A stretch of DNA of 64,000 bases from Octopus vulgaris (Eukaryota), in assembly GCA_951406725.2 (NCBI GenBank), contig OX597830.1, forward strand, positions 9,176,001-9,240,000, written 5' to 3'. The notes below the pieces were generated by a model, which was not told where the DNA came from, did not search any database, and saw nothing but the letters and a program-made list of their open reading frames with translations. Shown here one piece after another: positions 26,821 to 40,346 of the stretch (position 1 is the first letter of the stretch; every line of letters begins with the position of its first letter). The position numbers were made by a program, and so were the translations under genes.

Positions 26821-26823
<3 letters not shown>

Positions 26824-27239
26824 CTACAGTAACACCCACCCCTGGTGGTTAGCCATATTGAGATGGCTATTATACTTTACGTTGTCGAGCGCTTACTCTT
26901 TACATCTCGCTCAGAGATTTATTATTGCTTTCAGACCGTTTTTCGAAATCAGTGACAGAAGCTACTGGGAAAAACATTAAATAGATATTCGCAAACAGGT
27001 CTCTCCTCATCGCAAACCGGTGATTAGCGTGTGTTGACAAGAGACAATAATCTCGAAACTGCAGTCCATGCGTATCACTTAGGTTTTCGAGAGGGGATGA
27101 CCTCCCTTTGAAAATATCATAAGGGCACAGAAATTGTGTCTAAAGCCAGCTGGAGACGATGATCTCCTGAGGCTAAAAAGCTACAGTAACACCCACCCCT
27201 AGTGGTTAGCCATATTGAGATGGCTAGTATACTTTACGT
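26821..27239 (+). mobile_element. Retrozyme-like element: 357-bp unit plus 62-bp direct repeat, flanked by (TA)n
   Basis: 26821-26882 recurs at 27178-27239 (2 mismatches); central HHR; no ORF; many hairpins. Confidence 0.7.
27027..27073 (+). ncRNA. Type I hammerhead ribozyme, U3:A8 variant
   Basis: gcgtgtg-TTGACAA-gaga(caataa)tctc-GAAA-ctgcag-TC-catgcgt; predicted GUC cleavage after 27066. Confidence 0.75.
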
Positions 27240-27452
27240 ATATATATATAATTACGTGTAAATATTGTGTATAGAAATATTTACACGCTGCTAAAAAATG
27301 TAATAAACAATATCATCAACAACAACAACAGTGATAGCATATCACATGTTATGATAACTAAAAATAACATACCTGCAGTACAAAAGCCAGCAAGTTAATT
27401 CAATATTTCTGGGAGTCTTGTCAAAAAATCCATACGAAGAAACACGAGTAAA

Positions 27453-27635
27453 AGATTCCCTTCCGTTATAGACACACGGCCTGAAATATGTGGGGAGGGG
27501 ACTAGTCGATTACATCGACCCCAGTGTTTCACTGGTATTTAATTTATCGACCCCCGAAAGGATGAAAAGCAAAGTCGACCTCGGCTGGATTTGAACCCAG
27601 AATGTAGTGACGGACGAAATACCGCTAAGCATACC
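27453..27635 (-). mobile_element. Nin/Deu-domain SINE fragment with 15-bp target-site duplication
   Basis: agaaacacgagtaaa at 27438-27452 and 27636-27650. Confidence 0.8.
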
Positions 27636-28089
27636 AGAAACACGAGTAAAGTAATACGGGCATTTTATGCTGAGCAAAGATGAGCGCATCGAGTGGAATG
27701 TAATTGGGGTTGCATAGTTCATTAATGTTTCCAAGATGGCGGTTTCTTGACCCATTTTTGGTGGGTGCCATTGTTCATATTTCTATGTTATATCTAATGC
27801 TCAATCTGCTTTTCATGTTGCATTGTATTTTTCTCCTTCCCCCGTTTATCCTATTCGCACCTATAAACATTTTAACCATTCCTTGTAATTCTGGCAGAAT
27901 CGGTAGAGTGTAGGCAAAATGTCTTATCTTATTTCTTTTTTTCTGCTTTCAAATTCTGTCGAGGTCAACTTTGTACTCCTTTTTCGCGTGCGATGAAATA
28001 AAGTACCGGACAAGTAATGAGGTTGATGGCATCGACTAATCTGCTACTGCCAAAATTGCTGCCCCTGAGTCAATAGTAATACAGTAAAA

Positions 28090-28183
28090 ATAAGAGCATC
28101 ACAACAAACCACAGCACATACCCAAGGCACACAGAGCTGCGCTCGGTTGTGCAGTGAAAGCACGTGAATACGACTACTGAATG

Positions 28184-28235
<52 letters not shown>
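28090..28235 (+). mobile_element. R4/Dong-like LINE 3' end with (TAA)n tail
   Basis: gcacacagagctgcgctc also occurs inverted at ~28590; followed by (TAA)n. Confidence 0.55.
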
Positions 28236-28376
28236 TGATGATGATGATGATGATGATCATGATGATGATGATCATGATGATGATGATAAGATTATATAGG
28301 ACTGAGGAAACCCCTCCAGAAGTTATACAGAAATAAAAATAGAAGTGTGCCATAGTTATGTGAAATTGGTTGAACG

Positions 28377-28440
<64 letters not shown>

Positions 28441-28589
28441 TAATAGTTTCAAGTTTTGTCTAAGGTCAGTAGTTTTGGAGGAGGGACTAAGTTGATTACA
28501 TCGACTCTAATGCTCAACTGGTACTTATTTTATCGACCTCAGCGTAATTTGAACTCAGAACGTAAAGGCAGACGAAACGCCGCTAAGCT

Positions 28590-29400
28590 GAGCGCAGCTT
28601 TGTGCATTTAAAATATTTGTAGTGTTTTGTTTTATTTGTGTCATTTTGCAATGCGTTGACAGTCCCTTGAGTAATATGTCATGTGCAATGCCTAGTAGTG
28701 TTACTTCCTCTATGTCGTGCATATTTATAATCCTTGGGGGTTTTTCATTATATTGTTGTCCTCATGTTTTGTAATCATTTCCCAAACACCTATCAGTGCC
28801 AGGATTACTTTCCAATCCCCTCCACCCTTACCATATATCCCCGTTATCTATATTTCCTGATTATTTCGATAATTTCTTCATTTCTCTGAGAGATATATTA
28901 TCGTCTGTTGGGACTGATATTTCGATTCCTAGGCACTTCCTTTCCTGGTGGTCCTTGGCAATAATATCCAACCGATTAGCCTTCGTTTCCGTTCGTGTGT
29001 ATTGCTATATCCCTAAGTATTGTTTCGTTGTCATTCTTAGAATTTTTTTCTCTGGTGTATGTTTACGCCAAATCTTTTTTCAGAGTATTTTTCATAAGGC
29101 TGACAACTTCCAGTCTCATGTTCCAGGACGAATCCTGTTTGGGGAAAAGATTGCACAGCCAGAGATAAAGTGATTGTTTCTTACCATTCTCTCCATTTTC
29201 AGTAGTTAAAGTATTGTTTCACTCCATCCTTTGGTGCTTTAAGATGAGAAAGTCTTGATGCTGCGCTGTAATTTTCACCTTTCAGCCATGGACACTTATC
29301 TGTCAGTTTTGAGAGTTTCTTCGTCTATTTTCTATTTCTACCATGTCGAAAATTTTCTTGAGATGATGGCCATGTTGAGAGTTTTCTTGTCATCTCAATG
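28590..29400 (-). pseudogene. R4/Dong-like LINE remnant (restriction-like endonuclease domain)
   Basis: Frameshifted KANRLDIIAKDHQERKCLGIEISVPTDDNISLREMKKLSK (RPD..D..K.KY-like) and C-terminal TLLGIAH. Confidence 0.7.
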
Positions 29401-29834
29401 ACATTCTGTAGACCCAGTTTTCATGCTGTTTAGACTTATCAGAATGTCGGTTGCTCCTTTCAACGATTACCCACGATCTCAGCCTCTGTTTCGTATCTGC
29501 TGTCATTTTTAAAGATAGAAGACATTGTGCTCATGTGACACGTTAATGTGTGTTTTGTAACTATTTGTATTAATATATTCAACCTATTGGTTACTAGATA
29601 CTGTTTATTGTTCTACCGGGGGTATTTCTGCAATAACCGATATAAAAGTTGGTTGGTTGACTGGTTTGTTGGCTGGTTCGCTGGTTCATATTCGTAAAGG
29701 GAAAAGAGAAGGGACGAGAGGGAGAGAGAGAGAGAGAGAGAGAGAGGCGGGGAGAGAGGAGAGAGCCGGAGCGAGAGAGGTGGAGAGAGAGAGAGGGGCG
29801 GGGAGAGAGAGAGAGAGAATAAAAGGGAAATCTT

Positions 29835-30025
29835 TTACTATTTTTACTTGCTTCAGTCATAAAACTGCGGCCATGCTTGGGCAGAGTTTTCAAGAATTTT
29901 AGTCGAATGAATCGACCCAGGACTTCTTTCTAAAACCCGGAACTTACTCTTTACAGGGATGTGACCACACCAACAGCAGCTGTGAACTGGTGGTGGGGGA
30001 CAAACACAGACACAAGACTCCCTAC

Positions 30026-30088
<63 letters not shown>

Positions 30089-30209
30089 GGCACAGGCGTG
30101 GCTGTGTAGTAAGAAACTTGCTTCCTAACCACATGGTTTTGGGTTCAGCGTCCACCTGCGTGCACCTTGGGCAAGTGGATTTGGTTGACGGAAACTGAAA
30201 GAAGCCGTC

Positions 30210-30256
<47 letters not shown>

Positions 30257-30660
30257 CATACATATTTATATATTTATATTGTGTGTATGTCTGTGTTTGG
30301 CCCACCACCTTCACCATACAACCGATACTGGCTTATTTATGTCCACGTACCTTAGCGGTTCGGCAAAAGAAACCGATAGAATAAGTCTTAAGGCTACAAA
30401 GAATAAGCCCGGGGGTGGGGGGCACTTCTTCGACTAACAAACCTTTTAGGCAGAGTTCCAGTCAAATGTCTCAAACAAGTAAAAAAATAAAAGTATCTAT
30501 ACATATATATACGACGGGCTTCTTTCAGTTTCCGTCTGCCAAATCCACTCACAAAGCTTCAGTTAGCCCGAGGCTATAGCACAAGACACTTGCCTATCGT
30601 TCTACGCAGGGGACGGAACCCAGAACCCAGAACTATGTGGTTGGAGCAGAAGTGAGTGCA
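29835..30660. mobile_element. Nested SINE family A copies (minus 29835-30010 and 30510-30660 around plus 30088-30492)
   Basis: Tail and head of the minus copy flank a plus-strand copy. Confidence 0.75.
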
Positions 30661-30920
30661 CATACTAGGCTTGGTGGCAGTAGGTGGAGCAGAAGGAGAG
30701 ATAATAAATGACAAAGTTCTGCTAATGAGGAATTTGCTTCGACTAATTTTATTTACCATTTTACTTCTGCCACAGACTTTGGTGAAGTGATGAAACGGAA
30801 TATTATTAAGACTGATAGATTCTTAGACTTAAAAAGTGAGTATATATGTGTGTATGTGTGTGTATGTGTGTATGTGTGTGTATGTGTATGCGTGCATCTA
30901 TGTGCATGTGTGTATTTGTA

Positions 30921-30973
<53 letters not shown>

Positions 30974-31479
30974 ATGTGTATTTTCCTACCATCATTTTCT
31001 TAAGATGGGTGTAAAAGAGGAGAGAGAAAGAGAGAGAGATGAAAAAAAGTCAAGAGAAAGAGAAAGAGAGGCAGACAGAGATAAAGAAAGAGACAGAAGA
31101 ATGGGACAAGAAAATATATTTGTATATTAACGATTCCCTAACCCCTAAATTTGTCCCCTACCTCACGTGACACGCTAATATCTTACATGGTCGGTGCGGT
31201 TAATACAAAGGATGTGCTCGATGAGGGATTTGAAACAAGGATCCAAACCACCAAATAGATCCACCCTGACACCTACCCTTTTTTTATTCACTTATTTATA
31301 TATTCTATTTATTTGTTTTGAATTTATTTATTTATTTATTTATGATTTATTTCTATATTTTGGGTTCACCGATCTATTTTCTTACCCATCATTTTCTTAA
31401 GATGGCGTTATATTCTTTTCTTCTTACTTTTTGTCTTTCTTTTCCCCTTCTTTCTTCTTTCGCATCGTTTCTTTCTTTC

Positions 31480-31494
31480 TTCCTTCGCTTCGTT

Positions 31495-31546
<52 letters not shown>

Positions 31547-31555
31547 GCTTGCTTG

Positions 31556-31622
<67 letters not shown>

Positions 31623-31659
31623 GCTTTCTTTCTTGCTTTCTTTCTTTCTTTCTTCTTTT

Positions 31660-31707
<48 letters not shown>

Positions 31708-31708
31708 G

Positions 31709-31751
<43 letters not shown>

Positions 31752-31847
31752 GCTTGCTTTCTTTCTTGCTTGCTTTCTTTCTTGCTTTCTTTCTTTCTTG
31801 CTTTCTTTCTTTCTTTCTTTCTTTCCTTCTTTCTTTCCTTCTTACGT

Positions 31848-31883
<36 letters not shown>

Positions 31884-31900
31884 GCTTTCTTTCTTTCTTG

Positions 31901-31931
<31 letters not shown>

Positions 31932-31944
31932 GCTTTCTTTCTTC

Positions 31945-31979
<35 letters not shown>

Positions 31980-32008
31980 GCTTTCTTTCTTGTTTTCTTT
32001 CTTTCTTG

Positions 32009-32067
<59 letters not shown>

Positions 32068-32071
32068 TTTT

Positions 32072-32103
<32 letters not shown>

Positions 32104-32120
32104 GCTTTCTTTCTTTCTTG

Positions 32121-32191
<71 letters not shown>

Positions 32192-32280
32192 GCTTTCTTT
32201 CTTTCTTGCTTTCTTTCTTCCTTTCTTTCTTTCTTTCTTGCTTTCTTCCTTCCTTCCTTCCTTCCTTCCTTCCTTCTTTT
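31480..32280. repeat. (CTTT)n microsatellite with interspersed CTTG
   Basis: Direct observation. Confidence 0.97.
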
Positions 32281-32405
32281 TCCCGTTCTCCTTTCCTTTC
32301 TTCCTCCTTTCCTTCTTTTCCTTAATCTTCATTTCTTACTTTACTTTCACTTTTTTTCTCAAATTTCTCCCTTTCTGTTTTATCTCTCTTTGTACACACA
32401 CAACA

Positions 32406-32468
<63 letters not shown>

Positions 32469-32594
32469 CACACACATACACACACACACACACAAGTACA
32501 TCTATACACATGTGTATGTGTGTATGCATGCATTGTATGTATTTATGTATATATATGTATGCGTGTATGTATGCATGTACATATATAATATATG

Positions 32595-32657
<63 letters not shown>

Positions 32658-32867
32658 CTATATATATACGCGTGTATCTATGTATGTCTGTATATGTGTA
32701 TACATCTCCCTGTATATATGGTATGAGTCTATATATGTCTGTATGTATGTATATATATATATATACATATACACACAGTTTATATAAATATATACATATA
32801 TATATATATTTTGTATATATATATATGTTTATATATATATGTATATATATATATATATATATGTATT

Positions 32868-32900
<33 letters not shown>

Positions 32901-33092
32901 ATACACACACACATATATACATTTTATATATATATAAGTGTGTATTGAATGAATCTGGCCTTAAACATCATTCAACAGATGTTTGGCTGTGTCAAGTAAC
33001 ATATTTAGAGTCAATGACAGTCTGTTAGTCTAATGTGCTGTTCACTTCCTGCTAACCCTATACATACATACATACATACATACATACATACA

Positions 33093-33140
<48 letters not shown>

Positions 33141-33517
33141 CATATATACATATATATATATATATATGTGTTTGTAAGTATGTATGTATACGCCCACCCC
33201 TTTGTGTAGTAGGCCACACACGGATTTATAATGTATTGTCCATGTCTCTACTTAAACACGCGCGCACACTTTCACATACACACACGCACTTGCACACGCG
33301 CATGCACACACACACACACACGCACAGACATTCATACCCATATTCTTAAAGAGAGCATTCATGCATGCACAACTTAAGAAACGACACTCGTTCATAGAAC
33401 CAGACGCACATAGACAACATGCCCTACAGCTTTCAAACGCACATAATTATCTCCCTCTCATCTTCTTTATTCTCCTTATTCTGTATATACATACATATGT
33501 ATATATGTGTGTATATA

Positions 33518-34717
33518 CAGGGGTTGGACAAAATAATGGAAACACCTAGCATCATAGCATCATAATTTTGGAGTATCTATAAAACCGTCAAAAGCTTGTT
33601 TATTTTTATGATTTTGATTTATTATTACTGTTGCTTAATATGCTTTACTAAAATTGCTGTATCTTTTCAGATATCAGAAAAAGCTAATTAAAATTCATTT
33701 AAATGATAGATCTATCACACTTTCAAAGAAATCAAATTGTTGGTGCTCATATGGCAGGCGCAACCAAACAAAAACAGCCGAAACGTTTGGTGTATCAAGA
33801 AGCATTGTCTCAGTAGTGACAGCTTTTGAGAAAGAGGTAAAAACCTCCTCGTCGAAACAAAACCCCGGAAGAAAACCAAAACTTTCAGATAGTCTCTTTC
33901 AGTTGGTCTCTTACGCCAATTGTTAGAAAGGATAAAAAAAGTAGAGCTCCCAATATTACTGGCAGAGCTTAATGACCACCTCGAGAACCCAGTTTCCACA
34001 AAAACTGTTCGCCGGTAGTTGCACGAAGCCGGATTTCACGGGAGGGCTGCAATCAGAAACTACTACTTTCAAAAACAAACATTGCAAAGCGTTTAGAGTG
34101 GAGTAAAAACTGACAGAATTGGTCCGAGAAAATAACATTCTTCCACCAGGTGGTGGAAAAATGTTATTTTCTCGAACGAGTCATGCTTTACCTTATTTCC
34201 GAACTCCGGCCGAATATACATGCATTTGACTCAGACTACTTTCTACCAACTGTTAACCATAGAGGTGGATCTGTGATGATCGGGGGGAGGGGCTGTATCT
34301 TGGAAATGCGCCGGCCCAATGGTTTCCTGTTTTTGGAGGGAAACGCAATCTTTTTGGATGATAATGCATCAATTCACACAACTAAAGTTGTTACTGAATG
34401 GCACGAGGAACATTCTAGTGAAGTCGAACATCTTATCTGGCCACCACAGTCCCCAGATCTCAATAGTATTGAACATTTATGGTGCATTATAGGAAAACAA
34501 GTAAGGAGTCGATATCCTCCACCATTATCACTACAAGAACTGGAGACTGTTTTAGCTGAAGAATGGAGAAAAATTCCTTTGGAAACAATTCAAACTTTGT
34601 ATGAGTCCATACCTCATAAAATTCAAGCTGTAATTAATGCCAAAGGCGGTACTACCTCATATTAAAATAAATTTGTTTGAAATTTTAAGGTGTTTCCATT
34701 ATTTTGTTCAACTCCTG
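33518..34717 (+). pseudogene. Tc1-like (DD34E) transposon, decayed with internal deletion
   Basis: TA-caggggttggacaaaataatggaaacacct ... aggtgtttccattattttgttcaactcctg-TA; FLDDNASIH...WPPQSPDLNSIEHLW. Confidence 0.92.
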
Positions 34718-34922
34718 TATACACACCACTACATATATATATATATATATATATGTATGTATATATGCCAATTTATATGTATATAAATAATCATATTAAA
34801 TGGTACGGATTGACCACACCAACATGCTAGAAACAGACGCCAAATGGCTCTAAAACCACTCCAATGCTCCCTCAGTACGGGTTTAGGTGGGCAGATGAAA
34901 AAATAAATAAGATTTTCTGATC

Positions 34923-34981
34923 AATTGTAAATCGATTTCAAATTTAGTGTTATAAAATACCCTGTTATCTTCAGTACAATT
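34923..34981 (-). ncRNA. Degenerate type I hammerhead motif
   Basis: aattgta-CTGAAGA-...-GAAA-tcga-TT-tacaatt; stem II weak. Confidence 0.45.
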
Positions 34982-35164
34982 TTTCATGCCCAAATATTTA
35001 TACATGCCCAAACGAACACGAGTGTATACATGCATCTACATGTATACACTAGTAAAAAAATCCAATTTTTCTTCTCATCTCAACCATGTGCATTTTTTTA
35101 TTTCACGCTGGCCATTTGATAAAATCATTAAAGTAATTTTATCCATAATTCTATATTAAGAACG

Positions 35165-35301
<137 letters not shown>

Positions 35302-35349
35302 GCACACACACACATATATATACTGCAGATATACATGTATATATGTATG

Positions 35350-35403
<54 letters not shown>

Positions 35404-35643
35404 TATATATATATAAATATATGTATGTATATATAACATGCATATATATATATCTATATATACATATATGTATATGTATTACATATGCATGTATAATACA
35501 CACATACATACATATATATTACATCATACACACACACGCACACACATGCATATATATATAAAATAATTGAGATTCAGATTAGTGGATTTAAGTAAAATTA
35601 TACAAATGTGTCCGACAGATTAAAAAATTCTATTTATTTATTC

Positions 35644-35732
35644 ATGCAGCTGAAGATAGCCCTTGCATTTTAATTGATGTAAGGATTGCATTGTTGAATT
35701 AAATGGAGCCACTTGAAACAGTCGTACTGCAT
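35644..35732 (+). ncRNA. Type I hammerhead motif with enlarged stem II
   Basis: atgcag-CTGAAGA-[58 nt incl. ccttgcat/atgtaagg hairpin]-GAAA-cagtcg-TA-ctgcat. Confidence 0.6.
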
Positions 35733-36061
35733 CACCTCTGGATATCCTGATGCTTATTTTGATTATATATATATATATAAATACATCCATGCACACTAAC
35801 ACACACACGTATAATGGCGACCAGTGTGACATGTATAAGGGACAACAGATCCAATATCTGATTGGTGGATGTTTTATAGCACAATCAACTGTAAGCAAAC
35901 AACAGCTACAAAAAGTTTCGTATTTAATGTTACACTAACAGAAAACACACCCTGGGCCACCTTTGGTTTCGTGAAAGAATCTTCACCCATCGTTGTAAAG
36001 GAGATGAGCTTTTTAAAATGTGGTATGTATTCTGGGTTCTTTTTTAGAGAATTGAAGCGGG

Positions 36062-36104
<43 letters not shown>

Positions 36105-36329
36105 ATGGTATAGATAGAAAATTACTCGATACAAAATATATGACGAGATAGAGGCATGGAATGATGTGATTGGATTGTTCCTTGTCTGGAAGTTAATGGG
36201 TGAAAAGTAAAGAACGCTAAGTGCGAAAGCGGAAAAGCTAATTGAGTAGTGCAGAAGTGATACGATTGCATCTATGTTGCGCAGATTGCATAGTGTGACA
36301 GTCTATGCTGTGCCTTGAAGGAGTCTCCA

Positions 36330-36940
36330 ACAAAGATCTCAGGATATATTTTCCTTCCAAATTAGCATTTTCTAAGTCTTTCTAATTTTTAATTAAGATA
36401 GACATCTGGCTTCTTCAGTATTAGACTTTTTTTCAGCAGTACATAAGTTGCAGTTTGTGAACCATTCTAGGTTGTCTAGTATTTAGCATTTAACACTGTA
36501 TTTAGAGGCTGATTATTTCAAAGACCGGATGCTTTTTTGTGTTTAGTCAAGGGCCGTTCTTTGGTGTTGCCGAAATTAGACTGGTTTAAAATCTCAGATT
36601 CTGCTTGAATGGTAATATTTTTGGTAAGACAGAATCCATTCAGAATGCATGCATTGTTGTTTATGCAATTACATCTTTTTTTAAATATAGCAATGAGTCT
36701 AAGCGATATGAAGTCTTTCATGTTTTTCATCTAACTCAAATAAAGGTGTACCTTTTAAATTAACTCCACTATTAGGGGACAAGGGACAAATATTTATATA
36801 CCAAACTGAGAAAGATTTTGGCTACGTTGGGTGACATTCATTGAGGTACACAGAGGAGAAATATGTCATGTTACGCCTTCTTTTCTTTATAGAGGATCTT
36901 AAAGATTTTGATACATTGCTGACGGTATAAATTCTCTTGT
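36330..36940 (-). pseudogene. Penelope-like element ORF remnant (linker plus GIY-YIG), Naiad-like
   Basis: Frameshifted KRRRNMTYF..NVAKIFLSLVYKY..NMK..KRCNCINNNACILNGFCLTKNI..FGNT..CNLCTAEK..ILKKPDVYLN. Confidence 0.7.
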
Positions 36941-37220
36941 CCTTAATACCACAAATCATTTCACTGGCGTGTCAATCTAATTTATGACTCTCGCTCAATT
37001 CAGCGAAAGCAGACTCTTTAACAAGTCTCGGGTTGGCCTGACGAGTACTTTTAGGCAATTGTGTTATAATACATGAAAATATTTGCAACCGGCTCCACCC
37101 TGAAAGCGGATATATTACACAGAGAGATATGAACATGTAAACACGCACACACACACAAACATTATATATATATAACGCGAGCAAAAGTCTTTCCAACTGT
37201 GCTGAAAAGAGATATTCCAC

Positions 37221-37322
<102 letters not shown>

Positions 37323-37333
37323 CAAGATTAAAG

Positions 37334-37664
37334 AATGGCCCAATGGTTAGGGTAGCGGATCGCGGTTTAGATTCCCAGACCGGGTGTTGTGAGTGTTCAT
37401 TGAGTGAAAACACCTAAATCTCCACGTGGCTCCGGCAGGGGTGGTAGCGGACCCTGCTGTATTCTTTCCCCACAACTTTCTCTCACTCTTTCTTCCTGTT
37501 TCTGTAGTACCCGTATTTCAAAGGGGCCAGCTTTGTCACACTCTGTGTCACGCTGAATCTCCCCGAAAAATACGTTGAGGGTACACATGTCTGCGGAGTA
37601 CTCAGCCACTTGCACGTTAATTTCACGAGCAAGCTGTTCCGATGATGGATCAACTGGAACCCTC
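37334..37664 (+). mobile_element. SINE family C head with a tail shared with 56189-56310
   Basis: Head as at 14307; tail cacactctgtgtcacgctg..ctcagccacttgca. Confidence 0.8.
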
Positions 37665-38005
37665 GTGCAGGAATGGCTGTCTGGTAAGAAGTTTGCTTCC
37701 CGACAGCATGGCTTCGGGTTCAGTCCTACTGCCTGGCACCTTGGATAAGTGTTTTTATTCCTATGTCTCCGAGCCACCCAAAGCCTTGTGAGTGGATTTG
37801 TTAGGCAGACACTGAAAAGAAGCCTGTCACACACATACACACAAATGTATGTATGTACGTATGTATGTATGTATGTATGTATGAATGTACGTTTGTGTAT
37901 GTTTCTGTGTCTGTTCCACTCCCAGCTTGACAATCGGTGTTGCTTTGTTTACGCACCCGTAACATAGATGTCCGGCATAGACCGATAGATTAAGTACCAG
38001 GCTTC
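37665..38005 (+). mobile_element. SINE family A, diverged
   Basis: Head, body and partial tail. Confidence 0.7.
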
Positions 38006-38734
38006 TATAAGTAAGGGATGGAGTGGATTTATGCGCATGCGTGTGTATGCACAGTGGCACACACACCCACACGCACGCACACACACACGCACACACACAC
38101 ATACGCACACACACGCACATGCACACACACATACGCACACACACACGCGCACGCACACACACACACACACACATAAACACACGCGAGTATTACGTTTCTT
38201 TAATCTTGACAATGTCTGGAATAGAATGATCAGCTTTCCTTTAAGCCCTTAAATAGAAAACGTCCTAACTATAATCCTATCACATGATGGATGTCATGTG
38301 ATGATTGTCACATGATGACTAGCTACAAAACCAGCAGCTCTACAACAAGGGACATTATAGATACTTTCTAGAATTCGACCTTCAAATTACCGTAAATTTC
38401 AGCTTAAGTTGACTGAAAGACTTTTGCTTTTAGGTATCGAGTTAGCTTTAATTAGAGATAAGTTCTTTGGTTACGGAATCTTAAACAAAGACCGCCTTTA
38501 TATTTGGCAGACATTTAAGCCATCCCCTTCCTCGAGGGTCATAAATATTCTAGGAGGAAACAATATCGGGAGAATATCCAGAATATGTCTTTTGATAAAA
38601 AAGACATTCCATCGAAAGAGATTTCGACGATTCTCCGAAGGGGAAAAGTTGTCTAAAAATAACAAAGACAAAACCGTCCCTTCCCATAAACACACACACA
38701 CACACACACACACGCACACTCATACACACGCACA

Positions 38735-38806
<72 letters not shown>

Positions 38807-39825
38807 TGGTAAGTGGATTAAAACCAATTCTACAGAATACCTCTATCTCATATGCACACACGAGACGTATTTTTCTACGCCATCTCTCTCTCTCCCTCCC
38901 TCCGTCCCTCTCTCTCTCTCTTTTCTCGTTCTCTCTGTCAGTTTCTCTCTGTCCGTCCGTCCCTCTCTCTATATCTCTTTCTCTCTCTCTCCCTCTTCCC
39001 CTCCCTCTCTCCTTCTCTCTCTCCCCTCTCTCCTCTCTCTCCCTCTCTCCCTCTCTCCCTCTCTCCTTCTCTCTCTCCCTCTCTCCTTCCTTCTCTCTCC
39101 TTCTCTCTTTCTTTCCCCCTCTCTCTCTCGCTCCTCTCTCTCCTTCCTTCTCTCCCTCTCTCTCCTCTTTTTCTCTCCCTCCTTATTTCTCCCCCACTCT
39201 CCTCACACTCTCTCTCCATCTCTCTCTCCCTTTCTGTCGCTGCCGTTTCCATCGATAATATCTTCCCATATCTTGAATGTTATCAAGATGATAATATATA
39301 AAAAAAAGTTGGATGGTTTAGTCAAAGATTTCTTCCATCGTTCGCCCACCATCGCCATCACCATCACCATCGCCATCATCATCACCATCGCCATCATCAT
39401 CACCATCGCCATCACCAACTTCTGCTAACCTATTATTGATATAAATAGATACATATACACCTCCGATCATGAAGTGCTCCTCAGATGACCTGCGGCCCAC
39501 GAGAGGATATATATATTAAACAACTGCACGTGCCGTTACGTTTCCTGTTTACAATGTCTTGTAAAAGATTATCCGCCAGTCTGTTTGTCTGTCCGCCTGT
39601 CTGTCACTCTGTCTATCTGTGTATCTGGGGATATGCCCATCAGCCTGTCTATCTGTCAGTCTGTCTGCGTGTCCGTCTATCGGTCTTCCTGTCTGTTGCT
39701 TGTCTGTCTATTTGTCTGCCTATCATTCTGCCTGTCACTCTGTCTGCCAGTTACTCTGTCTGCCTGTCACTTTGTGTCTCTGTACATGTATGTGGTTATA
39801 TTGTCATCAGGTAATACTCTTTACT

Positions 39826-40034
39826 CTCTTTTACTCTTTTACTTGTTTCAGTCATTTGACTGCAGCCATGCTGGAGCACCGCCTTTAGTCGAGCAAATCG
39901 ACCACGGGACTTATTCTTTGTAAGCCCAGTACTTATTCTATCGGTCTCTTTTGCCGAACCGCTAAGTTACGGGGACGTAAACACACCAGCATCGGTTGTC
40001 AAGCAATGCCAGGGGGACAAACACAGACACACAA

Positions 40035-40083
<49 letters not shown>

Positions 40084-40248
40084 TACGTTAGGCTTCTTTC
40101 AGTTTCCGTCTACCAAATCCACTCACAAGGCATTGGTCGGCCCGGGGCTATAGCAGAAGACACTTGCCCAAGATGCCACGCAGTGGGACTGAACCCGGAA
40201 CCACGTGGTTGGTTAGCAAGCTACTTACCACACAGCCACTCCTGCGCC
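39826..40248 (-). mobile_element. SINE family A, full length
   Basis: Complete head to tail. Confidence 0.92.
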
Positions 40249-40346
40249 TATAATGTTCATGTAACATTTAAAAAATGAGAACTCAATACGTGAAAAGAGT
40301 TAAATAATTCTATATTGCTTTTGATATAACATAAAGAGAAAGGGTA

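Noticed and set aside
31318-33028. 300-490 aa ORFs
   Set aside because: (CTTT)n microsatellite artefacts.
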